DNA from: Eledone cirrhosa
Lineage: Eukaryota
Direction: 5' to 3'
Assembly (NCBI GenBank): GCA_964016885.1
Contig: CAXHJY010001757.1
Coordinates: 1 to 49,476 of the forward strand
DNA length: 49,476 nucleotides
The notes below the pieces were generated by a model. The model saw nothing but the letters and a program-made list of their open reading frames with translations. It searched no databases and was not told where the DNA came from. Shown here piece after piece: positions 15,520 through 34,550 of this stretch; the stretch's first letter is position 1; each line of letters starts with the position of its first letter. The position numbers and the translations under genes were made by a program.

Positions 15520-18500
15520 AAGGGTCACTCTAACGAGGTTGTAGAAATGCTTGAACGTGAGGAGGTCGATGTTTGTTGTATTCAAGAGACCAGGTGGAGG
15601 GGTGGGTCAGCTAGATTCATTGTGGGTAAAGAACGATGCTATAAGCTTCTCTGGGTGGGAAATGACAATGGGGTGGGTGGAGTAGGAATCATGGTAGCAG
15701 AAAAGTGGGCAGATAAAATAATAGACATAAATGGAGTGAACGACAGAATAATTAAAATAAGACTTGTCCTCAATAGAACTACTGTGACAATAATATCTGC
15801 ATATGCACCACAATCCGGACTGCCTGGCGTTATAAAAAACAGATTCTATGCGACGTTAATGCTCACTACCTCCCAAATAACCGACAGTGACTACATAGTT
15901 ATCACTGGCGACCTAAATGGTCACGTTGGGCAACATTGTGACAGCTATGACGGAATCCATGGAGGCTATGGGTTTGGTACTAGAAATGAGAAAGGCTCCA
16001 GAATCCTGGAATTCTGTGACGCAAATAACCTAACTTTCTGTAACACTAACTTCAAAAAGCGAGACAATCGCTTGATCACCTACAGATCAGGGGAACATAC
16101 CAGCCAGGTAGATTATATCCTTACCAGAAGACGTGACAGAGTGTCTGTTGTAAACACTAAATCCCTCCCCCATGAAGAATGCACCTCTCAACATAGACTC
16201 ATAATTATCGACCTCATAGTCAGGACGAGACGTACTCGACAACAGAAGAGGACTATCCTCAGGAGAAAAATATGGAAGCTAAAGGACCCTACAGCCAGTA
16301 ATAAATTTAAAAGCATATTACTTGATGCTTTCGACAGTAAGGAAGAGCAATTAGAGTCGTACAATATAGAGGAACAGTGGGAATTCCTGAAAGCTAACCT
16401 GCTGAAGGCGACAGATGAAACCTGTGGCTGGAGCAGACATATAGGCAGGCGGAGAGTAACTTGGTGGTGGAACAGTAAGGTGGAGGGGTCAATCAAGGCC
16501 AAAAAGAAGGCTTGGAAAGCATGGCGGGATGGGGGAAGTAGAGAAGACTATCAAGTGGCCAGGATGGAAGCTAGGAGACAAGTGTACTTCGCAAAGAAGG
16601 GAAGCAGAGGAAAGAAAGTTCAAGCATGTTCTACAACGTGAGGACTAAAAACGTGAGGTGTTCAGGATTGCTAGGCAATGTGTCAAGGAAAACAGTGATA
16701 TTGTCGGGGAGAAGTGTGTCCTTAATGATGATGGTGTACTTGCCATCACTGATGCTGATAAGAAGGTAGCTTGGAAGTGTCACTATGAAAGGCTACTAAA
16801 TGAAGAGAATAATTGGGAGAAAGACAGTCTCCCCCCACATCGACCCAATAGAGGGACCAGCAGTTCAAGTTGAAGGTAGTATAATAAGTAAGGTGATCAA
16901 AGACATGAAGACGGGCAAAGCGGCTGGGCCTTAGGAAATAGTTGCTGAAATGCTGAAAGCATCTGGAACGGTGGGACACGTTATGGTCACCCGGATAGTA
17001 AACCAAGTCATACAGAATGGGGTCGTTCCGAAGGACTGGCACAACAGCATGATCATTAACTGCTACAAGGGTAAGGGTGATGCCCTAGATAGGGGAAACT
17101 ATAGAGGCATTAAATTAATTGACCAGGTCATGAATGTCACAGAAAAAGTAATAGCGCAACTAATCAGAGAGCGAATTGATCTAGACGAAACGCAGTTCGG
17201 GTTTGTGTCAGGCAAAAGTACCACAGACGCTCTTTTCATTGTACGACAACTACAGGAGAAGTACCTAGCTAAAAGTAAACCCATATACTTAGCTTTTGTT
17301 GACTTGGAGAAAGCCTTTGACAGAGTACCCCGCTCGATTATCTGGTGGGCCCTTAGAAAACTAGGTGTTGATGAATGGCTTGTGAGAGCTACACAAGCCA
17401 TGTATAAAGAAACAGTCAGCAAGGTTAGAATTAACAACGAATATAGTGAAGAGTTTAGCGTAAAAGTTGGTGTTCATCAGGGCTCCCTCCTTAGCCCCCT
17501 ACTATTTATTATTGCCCTTCAGGCTATAACAGAGGAGTTCAAGACCGGCTGCCCATGGGAACTCCTATATGCAGATGATCTAATGCTCATAGCTGAATCA
17601 ATGGCTGAACTAGAGAAGAAATTCCAAACATGGAAGCATGGCCTAGAATCAAAAGGCCTTAAAGTTAACTTGTCTAAGACTAAAGTTCTAGTTTGTAGGA
17701 AGGAAAATAGGGCACCGGTCCCATCTGGGAAATGGCCATGCTCAGTGTGTAGGAAAGGAGTAGGCAGAAACTCCATTTTATGTCCCAAATGCAAAGTATG
17801 AGTGCATAAAAGATGTAGTGGGATCACAGGTAAGCTAACTAAGAATATAGATTTTATATGCTTGCATGCTCCGCTGGATGTGTAACAGTAATATACGTGA
17901 ACGGCAAAGCATAAACGAACTAAGGAAAAAATTAGAGATAAGAGGGATCAGATGTTGTTTACTCGAGAGAAGGCTACGTTGGTATGGACACGTGATGCGC
18001 ATGAAAGTCGATAGCTGTATAACAAAGTGCAGGGCAATAAAGATAGACGGTAGTCACGGAATAGGCAGACCTAGAAAAACCTGGGACGAGCTGATAAACT
18101 CTGACATCACACACTTACACCTCTCCAAGACAATGTCACTGGACCGAGACCTTTGGCGGTACTCAGTAACAGAGAAGACCCGCCTTACCTAAATATATAG
18201 TAAAACCTACTCCAGCCAGTAGGCATCTCTAACAAAATACACCCCGTCCCACCACCACCACCCCCACCCGATCCACACCACCCCGTTCTATGTAAAGTTA
18301 TGTTGGTGCCGCGCCATCGAGGCCGAAACAAATGAGATCGTGTAGGTGTCACGACAAAAAAACACACAGTCCACGCTGTAATGTGGCCGTGTAGGCAACA
18401 CGGTAAAAACCTCCCAGACCCACACTGTAAATGTGGTTGGTGTTAGGAAGGGCATCCAACTGTAGAAAACCTGCCAGACAGTCCTATGCGAGCAAGACAA

Positions 18501-19343
18501 TCACTCTTGCCTCAAGTGGGACTACCCCCGTCCAAACCCATGCAAGCGTGGAACACGGACGTTAAACGTTGATGATGATGATGATGATGATGATGATGTG
18601 GCCGGTGCTCTGGTGCAATAAGTAGCAGCAAGTTGCCACAGAATACTAGCTCATTCCATTGCACAAATGGTTCTATAGAAATAGTGGACAGCTTCCGTTA
18701 CCTGGGTGACAAAATCAGCAGTGGGGCAAGGTGCTCTGAAAGTACAGTAGCTAGAGTCAGAACGGGATGGAAAAAGTTCAGAGAGCTTATACCACTATTG
18801 GCCGCTAAAGGGTTCTCTCTAAAAATGAAAGGCAGGCTGTATGATGCCTGCATACGAACAGCAATGTTACATGGCAGTGAGACCTGGGCATTGTGTGCAG
18901 ATGATATACGCAGACTGGAGAGAAACGAAGCTTGCATGCTCCGCTGGATGTGTAATAGTAATATACGTGAACGGCAAAGCCTAAACGAACTAAGGGAGAA
19001 ATTAGGAATAAGATGGATAAGATGTTTACTCGAGAAAAGACTACGTTGGTACGGTCACGTGATGCGCATGAAAGACGACAGCTGTATAAAAAAGTGCAGG
19101 GCGATCAAAATAGACGGTAGCCACGGAGTAGGCAGAACCAGAAAAACCTGGGACGACTTGATAAATTCCGACCTCACACACTTACACCTCTCCAAGACAA
19201 TGTCATTGGACCGAGAGCTTTGGCACTACACAGTAATACAGAAGACCCGCCTTGCCTAAGTACAAAGCGAAACCTACAGTCAGTAGGCACCTCTAACAAA
19301 ATACACCCCCGTCCACTACCCCCACCCCATCCACACCACCACC
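15520..19343 (+). mobile_element. RTE LINE family B host copy (APE endonuclease + RT, decayed), interrupted at 17860 by a nested copy; 3' UTR truncated
   Basis: APE ORF 15547-16641 ([33 protein letters not shown]); RT ORF 16950-17801 (FVDLEKAFDRV, GVHQGS, YADD); resumes at 18599 (CGRC...) through ORF 18633-19259. Confidence 0.92.
17861..18598 (+). mobile_element. RTE LINE family B, 5'-truncated copy nested inside the family B host
   Basis: ORF 17866-18192, full 3' UTR and (GAT)n tail; host sequence either side rejoins as ttttatatg|tggccgg, matching the intact copy at about 37497-37511 on minus. Confidence 0.85.
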
Positions 19344-20257
19344 TTATATCAGAATCAGTAGAGGAGCTAGAGAATAAATTCTGGCTATGGAAACAGCAGT
19401 TGGAATTAAGAGGACAGAGTGAACCTAACTAAGACAAAAGTGTTGATAAGTAGAAAAGAGGACAAAACTGATTCCACGAGGGAAATGGCCATGTTCAATA
19501 TGTAGGAAAGGAGTTGGCATAAATTCTATAAAATGTACACAATGCAGATCTTGGGTACACAAGAGATGTAGTGGGATAGCAGGCAAACTAACAGGTAGGG
19601 AAAACTACATATGCAGTAGATGTACAGGGAAATTTGACAGTAGAAGTCACAGTGATAGACACATTTTTCAAATGTAGGTAGGATCTATAGAGGTGGTTGA
19701 TAGCTTCCGGGACCTAGGAGATCAGATTAGTAAGGGAGGAGGGTGTTCCAAGGCCATAGTGTCTAGAATAAGGACGGGTTGAAAGAAGTTTAGGGAGCTG
19801 CTTCCTCTGTTGACATAGAAGAGTTTCTCCCTACGAACGAAAGGCTGCTTATACGATGCCTGTGTGAGATGCGCGATGCTACATAGTAGTGAGACATGGG
19901 CAGCAATTGTGGAGGATATGCACCAGCTGGAGAGAAATGAAGCAACCATGCTCTGTTAGATGTGCAATGTCAATGCATGTGAACGACCAAGCATCGACGA
20001 GTTGAGAGGGAAACTGGGTATAAGAGGGATAAGTTGGAGTGTGCAGGAGAAAAGACTGCATTCGTATGGACATGTGATGCGCATGGAGGATGACCGCTGG
20101 GTAAAGAAGTGCCAAGAAATCCTAGTAGAAGGAAGACGCAGTCAAGGAAGACCACGAAAATCATGGGCGGAGATGGTGAGAGCTGACCTCAGATTGCTGA
20201 ATGGGACCCGTCCCACCCTCGCAAGCAGGGAAAAGCGGACGTAAAATAATGATGATG

Positions 20258-20258
<1 letters not shown>
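19344..20258 (+). mobile_element. RTE LINE family C, 5'-truncated, more decayed, with very short 3' end
   Basis: ISESVEELENKF, GKWPCSICRKGVG, EKRLHSYGHVMRMEDDRWVKKC...GRPRKSW; ends cccgtcccaccctcgcaagcagggaaaagcggacgtaaaataatgatgatga. Confidence 0.88.
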
Positions 20259-20298
<40 letters not shown>

Positions 20299-20639
20299 GC
20301 AAAGGTAAAAATATATAAACAAAGCTCAAATGTATGTAGAGAATTATTATACGATAGTATATAATTGTCAAGTAGTTTCAGAATTAGCTCAATGTGTTTA
20401 TTATATATTATTGCTCTAAAGAAAAGGTAGATTTTTTTATGGACAAAAAGTTGGAAAGGCAGATATAAACACCAAGCAAATATAATCAAATATATAGATG
20501 GAAAAATTAGCTTTTAAATCATTTTTAATTCCTTACACGTTTCAAAAGAGATGTACATCAAATACTAATGTACCATTTTGTATGTATAGATCTTGATTAT
20601 ACTAATTTTCACTTAATATTTCATTTTTGTGGCAATTGG

Positions 20640-21682
20640 CCATCAAAGACAAACTTTCTGCCCTTCCCAGTTAAAGAAGGTCTTCATAATGCTAAAGAAG
20701 GTCTTCATAATGGTAAAGAAGATCTTCATAATGGTAAAGAAGATCTTCATAATGGTAAAGAAGATCTTCATAATGGACTCAGCTGATAACCTGATCTGTC
20801 CAACACGTGACAATAGTTGTTCGACATAACTCCACAGGTCAGTGATGCCTGAACACTTAATGAGGGCATGCAGAACAGTTTCGTCATCCTGCATGCATCT
20901 TGGACAAGCCCGTCTCACGGCACCTCAATGCCTGTAGAATTCATCTCATACTGGTAGAGCTCCTCAGTAGCACTGCCAGACCAGCAATTTCTGGAAAGTT
21001 GCTCATGGAGGGCCCCAGTCCAAATCAGACTGGCCAGTTCACTTCTATCGAGTCTCAAAGCTTCCCCAAGAACATCATCGCTCATCGCTGCCATGAATCC
21101 TCTATCAACTACTAGTGTGGAACTTCCACCAATTGCATTACCTGACTAGTAGAGGAGGTGAGCACCTGATGACATTTCAGGTGATAGTCGCCCAATTTTG
21201 GTTTTTGTTTGACTCATGATTGTAGCTCGGCCAAAGAGACAAGCTGTAGGAAGATGAATCTTATGAATGCTTAACATATGCATACGCCCTCAAGGAATCT
21301 TTGCAGGTGCTGCAGTCTGAAAGCACATCTGTGCATCAGCAGCCTTGGCATGACCAGTCAACCATGGAAAGGGTTTTGGCAACAGCTAGACATAACTAAT
21401 GGAATTTGTACCTTCCACAAGAAATGGTCAGACGAGGATAAAGGCAGAGTACGATAGCCAAGTGAAAGACAATGATAGATGTAATGCCGACAATTGCCAC
21501 CTCTGCTCGACCTTTTAGGGAAAGTTTCCTCTCAGCCCATTTTTTGGTGAGACTGGCCACCCTAGTTATAACCAATTCCTATCTACTTGGATGTCTGGGT
21601 CAAACCAGACCCCAAGTAGTTTAACAGGTTCATCTGCCCATTGGCCTACAACACTGTTTTGATTGCATGGACCTGACTTTCC
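20640..21682 (-). mobile_element. Decayed Tx1/L1-clade LINE fragment (post-RT region and C-terminal Zn knuckle)
   Basis: Minus peptides PVKLLGVWF, KWAERKLSLKGRAEV and CPRCMQDDETVLHALIKC (CxxC-ET-H-C, zf-RVT-like). Confidence 0.75.
20672..20776. repeat. 21-bp tandem repeat, 5 copies (taaagaagRtcttcataatgS)
   Basis: Five consecutive near-identical units with no spacers. Confidence 0.95.
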
Positions 21683-22183
21683 AATAATAATAATAATAAT
21701 AATAATAATACAAACATAACACACATACACACACATATATATATATATGAATAAACAATGTTGTCTCTTCAGACGTAATAAATGTATGAACCAAAGCAAA
21801 CACGCTGTGAAAGCCAGTACAAAAAAGGGACATGTTACTCTGTTGACAACTACATCCTTATTGAAATTTTACTAGGGGATCAACGGTTAAGGCTTCATAG
21901 AGAACGTTTTGGAATATTTCAAATTGCATAGAGAATAACAGAAAAAACACATACAAAGGGGGATAATTTTCATTACAAATTTAGCATAAATTACTTAATT
22001 TTTTATTATCACATATTTGTTAATTCAAGAAATTAAATACAGATGCAAATAATTATAAAGTTGAGGTATAGAGGTAATATTATAAGGATTTAGGTTAGGT
22101 TTATTATCTACACACACACACACACATAATATGTGGTTGAAGGCTGAGAGAAAGGCGCACTCAATATCCAGTAGAGTTTTAAT

Positions 22184-22305
22184 ATTCATTTTATAAAGCT
22201 GAATAGTGAGTCATGTTACTGAGGAATTTTTCCAGTTTATCATAGGGTCATCAGATGTTCAAATGACCCTAACAAGACTCACTATTCAGTCTTGATAAAA
22301 TGAAT
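22184..22305. repeat. Imperfect inverted repeat (hairpin or MITE-like remnant)
   Basis: attcattttataaagctgaatagtgagtcatgtta...agggtcat pairs with atgaccctaacaagactcactattcagtcttgataaaatgaat. Confidence 0.7.
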
Positions 22306-22779
22306 CTATTGTAGCTAACCTGAGGCATTTGAACTTTTCCCATGGCACCCAAAGAACTCAGTAGCCTTCAAAACCATCCTACCTTCACTCTTCAATCCTA
22401 TTCTCCCATCTCTTCCCTACCTCCTCCACTAGCATTGCCCCTGAAACCTTCACCCATGTCACTGGTCAAAGAAAAGTTGTTCCATATCATAGCATATAAA
22501 GTGATAGTGCAAAACTCTTCACACCCATCCATTCTCTTCCTAACTTTCTCTACTTCTCACACTAGGTTATTGAATTTTATTGTCTTATTCTTGTTTGATT
22601 TTATTCTTCAATACATTGAACACTAACAGTCATTCTACATTTTCTGATGCTAAAAGTAATTAAGTATTGCATATGATTGAACAATATATATATCATAGCC
22701 ATCATATGTAGACTATTATAATGGGCAAAGAAACATATGTTAAAGCTAATAAATTCTTCTATCTCCTCCCGCAGAAGTC

Positions 22780-24083
<1,304 letters not shown>

Positions 24084-24433
24084 TCATCATCATTTCATCA
24101 TCATTTCATTTTACGTCCACTTTTTCCCTGCTTGCAAGGGTGGGACGGGAACTGATTCTGGCTTGATTTCTACAGCTGGATGCCCTTCCTAACACCAACC
24201 TCATTTACAGTGAGTGCTGGGTGCTTTTTTGCCGTGGCACCTCCACGACCACTTTGCAGTGGAATGATAGGGACCTCTGTCCCTATCATCTCATTTCTAC
24301 AGCTGAGTAAACTGGAGCAATGTGAAATAAAGTGTCTTGCTCAAGGAAACAACACATCACCCGGTCTTAGAATTGAACTCACAACCTTTCGATTGCAAGG
24401 CCAATGCTCTAACCACTAAGCCATGTGCCTCCA
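24084..24433 (-). mobile_element. Full-length tRNA-derived SINE with CORE-like central domain and RTE-type 3' tail
   Basis: Minus strand: A box TGGCTTAGTGG (24413-24423), B box GAGTTCAATTC (24370-24380), ccttgagcaagacactt domain, 3' part shared with RTE 3' ends, (GAT)n-like tail. Confidence 0.9.
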
Positions 24434-29386
<4,953 letters not shown>

Positions 29387-29693
29387 TGCTTGCAAGGGTG
29401 GGACGGGAACTGATTCTGGCTTGATTTCTACAGCTGGATGCCCTTCCTAACACCAACCTCATTTACAGTGAGTGCTGGGTGCTTTTTTTGCCGTGGCACC
29501 TCCACGACCACTTTGCAGTGGAATGATATGGACCCCAGTCCCTATCATCTCATTTCTACAGCTGAGTAAACTGGAGCAATGTGAAATAAAGTGTCTTGCT
29601 CAAGGAAACAACACATCACCCGGTCTGAGGATTGAACTCAGCAACCTTTCGATTGCAAGCCCAATGCTCTAACCACTAAGCCATGTGCCTCCA
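29387..29693 (-). mobile_element. Second copy of the same SINE, lacking the terminal tail
   Basis: Highly similar to 24128-24433. Confidence 0.9.
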
Positions 29694-29844
29694 TATATAT
29701 ATATATATAAATATAAATATATATAAATATATATATAAATATATATATATATAAATATTATATAAATATATTATATAAATATATATATAAATATATGTAT
29801 ATATATATAAATATATTATATAAATATATTATAAATATATATAA

Positions 29845-29877
<33 letters not shown>

Positions 29878-29998
29878 AATATAAATATATATATATAAAT
29901 ATATTATATAAATATATTATAAATATATATAAATATATATATAAATGTATATATATATATATATATATATTATATAAATATATTATAAATATATATAA

Positions 29999-30041
<43 letters not shown>

Positions 30042-30069
30042 TAAATATATATATATATAAATATATATA

Positions 30070-30103
<34 letters not shown>

Positions 30104-30208
30104 AATATATATAAATATATATATAAATATATATATATATAAATATATATATATATATTAATATATATATATATATATATAAATATATATAAATATATAT
30201 ATATATAA

Positions 30209-30241
<33 letters not shown>

Positions 30242-30584
30242 AATATATATATAAATATATATAAATATATATATATAAATATATAAATATATATATATAA
30301 ATATATATATAAATATATATATATAAAATATAAATATATATATATATATATATATAAATATATATAAATATATATATATATAAATATATATAAATATATA
30401 TAAATATATATATATATATATAAATAAATATATACAGTATTTTCCGTTGTGTTATAATATAAATATTACACACAGTAGATTATCAGCTCACGTAGAGTTT
30501 GCTCGACGGTTCCAGTTGTAGTTCCAAAAGTAATCCGGAGAAAAATAGAAAGATTTGAATGGATACAGTTTAGTTGAAAGGAAT

Positions 30585-30704
30585 TTATTGACACGTGTTT
30601 CTATAACAGTTACATAACCTAAAACAGCTGCTATCTACAAACTTTTAGTTATGCAGACATTCAATATTTCAATGTTATTATTTACTGTCATTTCATCAGA
30701 ATAA
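30585..30704 (-). ncRNA. Type I hammerhead ribozyme with extended helix II (inverted copy)
   Basis: Reverse complement of 33394-33513. Confidence 0.8.
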
Positions 30705-31256
30705 TATTACTGAGGACCTGTTTAGTTTTTATAGAGAATATTAGGAGGGAGGGGTGAAGTTGTTAGAAGAATAGTTGAAGGAGTGGTTTTTCGATAGCAG
30801 TGAGAATTCTTGGTGGCAGTGAGTAATTAGTTTCCCATCTGTTGTTTTGACATTTTTTATATAGAATATATTATTGGTTATTTTTCTAAATCTATAGAAG
30901 GATTAGAGATAGTAAAGATATGCGTGGTTGGTTTTGTGTTTGCACTTAATTAACATTCAGACTTAAATTTTTCTTTCAAGTGTACGTATCCTTTCACCCA
31001 CGCATTCACACACAAATATATTTGCACACCTCTACAAAATACATATACTCACAATTCACATATTCATACTTACATATATATACACATGCATACACATATA
31101 TATACAGACATGTATTCATGTACATACATACGCGCTCATGTGTATACATTTTCATACTCAACTTATCTTTATATACACACGTATAGACACACACATATAT
31201 ACATACTTACTCTAGTTCATGTGTACACACATACACATACATACGCATCTATATAC

Positions 31257-31309
<53 letters not shown>

Positions 31310-31587
31310 TATATATACATATATATATACATATATATATATAAGCACTTTAATACATGAATACACTTACATCTAACTATACACATCAAACATATATATA
31401 TAATATATATTTACTTATTTATATACATTTTCACATACATACTTATGGACGTTTTTAGACACATTCATTATCGCATATTTGCACCTATTCTCATCAGCAT
31501 ATCTTTCCATTATTAGTGTGGTAATTTAAGGTTATTAATATATGTTGAGAAGAGATTGTTTTTATATTTTTCTAACTAGATTAAGGT

Positions 31588-31940
31588 TTATATAGTTGGG
31601 GGATGTCCCTCTTTTATGTAATATTCGGCTTGTAGTGGGGAAAAAAGGGTTTTAGTTCTGTGACGGCAGAATAATGTTCGTTCAATTCTGTTATTCAGCA
31701 GTTTCTTCTTGTGTGTGATTATGTAATAAATCTCAAGATTACACAATTTGCAGAAATTTTGGCTCCTGGAAAAGCTTTGGGTTTTAGCTAATTTCTCCCA
31801 TTTTAGGGTAAACTTTTGATCGCTATCCCTGAGCGTCCAAGCTTTTTCTGCTAAAGTTGTTACATTTCTTTGGCTCTGGTGTTTTATTGAGTAAGAATGC
31901 CTATACAATCGAGATTTAAACGATGTTGCCGTTGATCCCA
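31588..31940 (-). pseudogene. PLE GIY-YIG endonuclease C-terminal fragment (possibly Naiad-type)
   Basis: VGSTATSFKSRLYRH...TLAEKAWTLRD...LKWEKL...CKLCNLE...LLNNRIE...CRHRTK; + strand copy at 32187-32524 carries a 2-nt insertion. Confidence 0.75.
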
Positions 31941-31942
31941 CG

Positions 31943-32188
31943 AAGACCCAAGAAGCAATAAGATGGTTTAATAGCATTAGCAATAAGAATAAATCCAAGT
32001 TTATCCAGTTTGATATCGATGAATATTACTCATCGATATCACCTGAAACTTTGAATAGAGCCATTAAGTTTGCTAAGGATAACTCTGACCTTACAAACGA
32101 TGAAATTAAGATTATATTAGAAGCTAGGAAAACTATAGTCAAATTTGAGAACAGTTATTGGGTACGTAAAGATCGACCCTCTAACTTC
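31943..32188 (+). pseudogene. PLE reverse transcriptase fragment (not in ORF track; no start codon)
   Basis: Manual translation KTQEAIRWFNSISNKNKSKFIQFDIDEYYSSISPETLNRAIKFA...ILEARKTIVKFENSYWVRKDRPSNF contains RT motif A (FD-I-xx-Y-xSI). Confidence 0.8.
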
Positions 32189-32800
32189 GTTTAAATCTCG
32201 ATTGTATAGGCATTCTTTTACTCAATAAAACACCAGAGCCAAAGAAATGTAACAACTTTAGCAGAAAAAGCTTGGACGCTCAGGGATAGCGATCAAAAGT
32301 TTACCCTAAAATGGGAGAAATTAGCTAAAACCCAAAGCTTTTCCAGGAGCCAAAATTTCTGCAAATTGTGTAATCTTGAGATTTATTACATAATCACACA
32401 CAAGAAGAAACTGCTGAATAACAGAATTGAACGAACATTATTCTGCCGTCACAGAACTAAAACCCTTTTTTCCCCACTACAAGCCGAATATTACATAAAA
32501 GAGGGACATCCCCCAACTATATAAACCTTAATCTAGTTAGAAAAATATAAAAACAATCTCTTCTCAACATATATTAATAACCTTAAATTACCACACTAAT
32601 AATGGAAAGATATGCTGATGAGAATAGGTGCAAATATGCGATAATGAATGTGTCTAAAAACGTCCATAAGTATGTATGTGAAAATGTATATAAATAAGTA
32701 AATATATATTATATATATATGTTTGATGTGTATAGTTAGATGTAAGTGTATTCATGTATTAAAGTGCTTATATATATATGTATATATATATGTATATATA

Positions 32801-32841
<41 letters not shown>

Positions 32842-33393
32842 GTATATAGATGCGTATGTATGTGTATGTGTGTACACATGAACTAGAGTAAGTATGTATA
32901 TATGTGTGTGTCTATACGTGTGTATATAAAGATAAGTTGAGTATGAAAATGTATACACATGAGCGCGTATGTATGCACATGAATACATGTCTGTATATAT
33001 ATGTGTATGCATGTGTATATATATGTAAGTATGAATATGTGAATTGTGAGTATATGTATTTTGTAGAGGTGTGCAAATATATTTGTGTGTGAATGCGTGG
33101 GTGAAAGGATACGTACACTTGAAAGAAAAATTTAAGTCTGAATGTTAATTAAGTGCAAACACAAAACCAACCACGCATATCTTTACTATCTCTAATCCTT
33201 CTATAGATTTAGAAAAATAACCAATAATATATTCTATATAAAAAATGTCAAAACAACAGATGGGAAACTAATTACTCACTGCCACCAAGAATTCTCACTG
33301 CTATCGAAAAACCACTCCTTCAACTATTCTTCTAACAACTTCACCCCTCCCTCCTAATATTCTCTATAAAAACTAAACAGGCCCTCAGTAATA

Positions 33394-33513
33394 TTATTCT
33401 GATGAAATGACAGTAAATAATAACATTGAAATATTGAATGTCTGCATAACTAAAAGTTTGTAGATAGCAGCTGTTTTAGGTTATGTAACTGTTATAGAAA
33501 CACGTGTCAATAA
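33394..33513 (+). ncRNA. Type I hammerhead ribozyme with extended helix II
   Basis: uuauu CUGAUGA a augacagu...[~75 nt]...acuguuau a GAAA cacgug UC aauaa; palindromic helix III (CACGUG); predicted cleavage GUC after 33508. Confidence 0.85.
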
Positions 33514-33671
33514 ATTCCTTTCAACTAAACTGTATCCATTCAAATCTTTCTATTTTTCTCCGGATTACTTTTGGAACTACAACTGGAACCGTCGAGCAAA
33601 CTCTACGTGAGCTGATAATCTACTGTGTGTAATATTTATATTACAACACAACGGAAAATACTGTATATATT

Positions 33672-33704
<33 letters not shown>

Positions 33705-33731
33705 TTATATATATATATTTATATATATATT

Positions 33732-33764
<33 letters not shown>

Positions 33765-33972
33765 TTATATATATATTTATATATATATATATATTTATAT
33801 ATATTTATATATATATTTATATATATATATATATTTATATATATTTATATATATATTTATATATATATATTATATATATTTATATATATTTATATATATT
33901 TATATATATATTTATATATATTTATATATATTTATATATATTTATATATATGTATATATATTTATATATATT

Positions 33973-34003
<31 letters not shown>

Positions 34004-34094
34004 TTATATATATGTATATATATTTATATATATTTATATATATATATATATATTTATATATATTTATATATATGTATATATATTTATATATATT

Positions 34095-34157
<63 letters not shown>

Positions 34158-34176
34158 ATTTATATATATATATATT

Positions 34177-34221
<45 letters not shown>

Positions 34222-34232
34222 AATATATATAT

Positions 34233-34265
<33 letters not shown>

Positions 34266-34316
34266 TATAAATATATATGTATATATATAAATATATATGT
34301 ATATATATAAATATAT

Positions 34317-34349
<33 letters not shown>

Positions 34350-34357
34350 TAATATAT

Positions 34358-34434
<77 letters not shown>

Positions 34435-34443
34435 TATATAAAT

Positions 34444-34476
<33 letters not shown>

Positions 34477-34550
34477 TAAATATTATATAAATATATTATA
34501 TAAATATATTATGAATATATATAAATATATATATAAATATATATATATAT

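Larger units (their letters stand above)
30435..33663. mobile_element. Penelope-like element remnant forming a ~1.5-kb-arm inverted repeat (arms 30435-31923 and 32187-33663)
   Basis: Arms are near-identical reverse complements encoding a GIY-YIG C-terminus and 3' UTR with HHR; the spacer encodes a PLE RT fragment. Confidence 0.9.

Noticed and set aside
20672-20776. 21-bp repeats as a possible CRISPR array
   Set aside because: No spacers, no cas genes, eukaryotic context; simple tandem duplication inside a LINE
21740-21790. CUGAAGA on the minus strand as an HHR core
   Set aside because: No matching helix II and GAAA...UH downstream
22342-22626. 94-aa ORF in unique-looking sequence
   Set aside because: No recognisable motif; pyrimidine-rich low complexity
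24355-24433. tRNA gene
   Set aside because: A/B boxes are present but it is the head of a SINE, continuing into SINE body and tail; no complete cloverleaf
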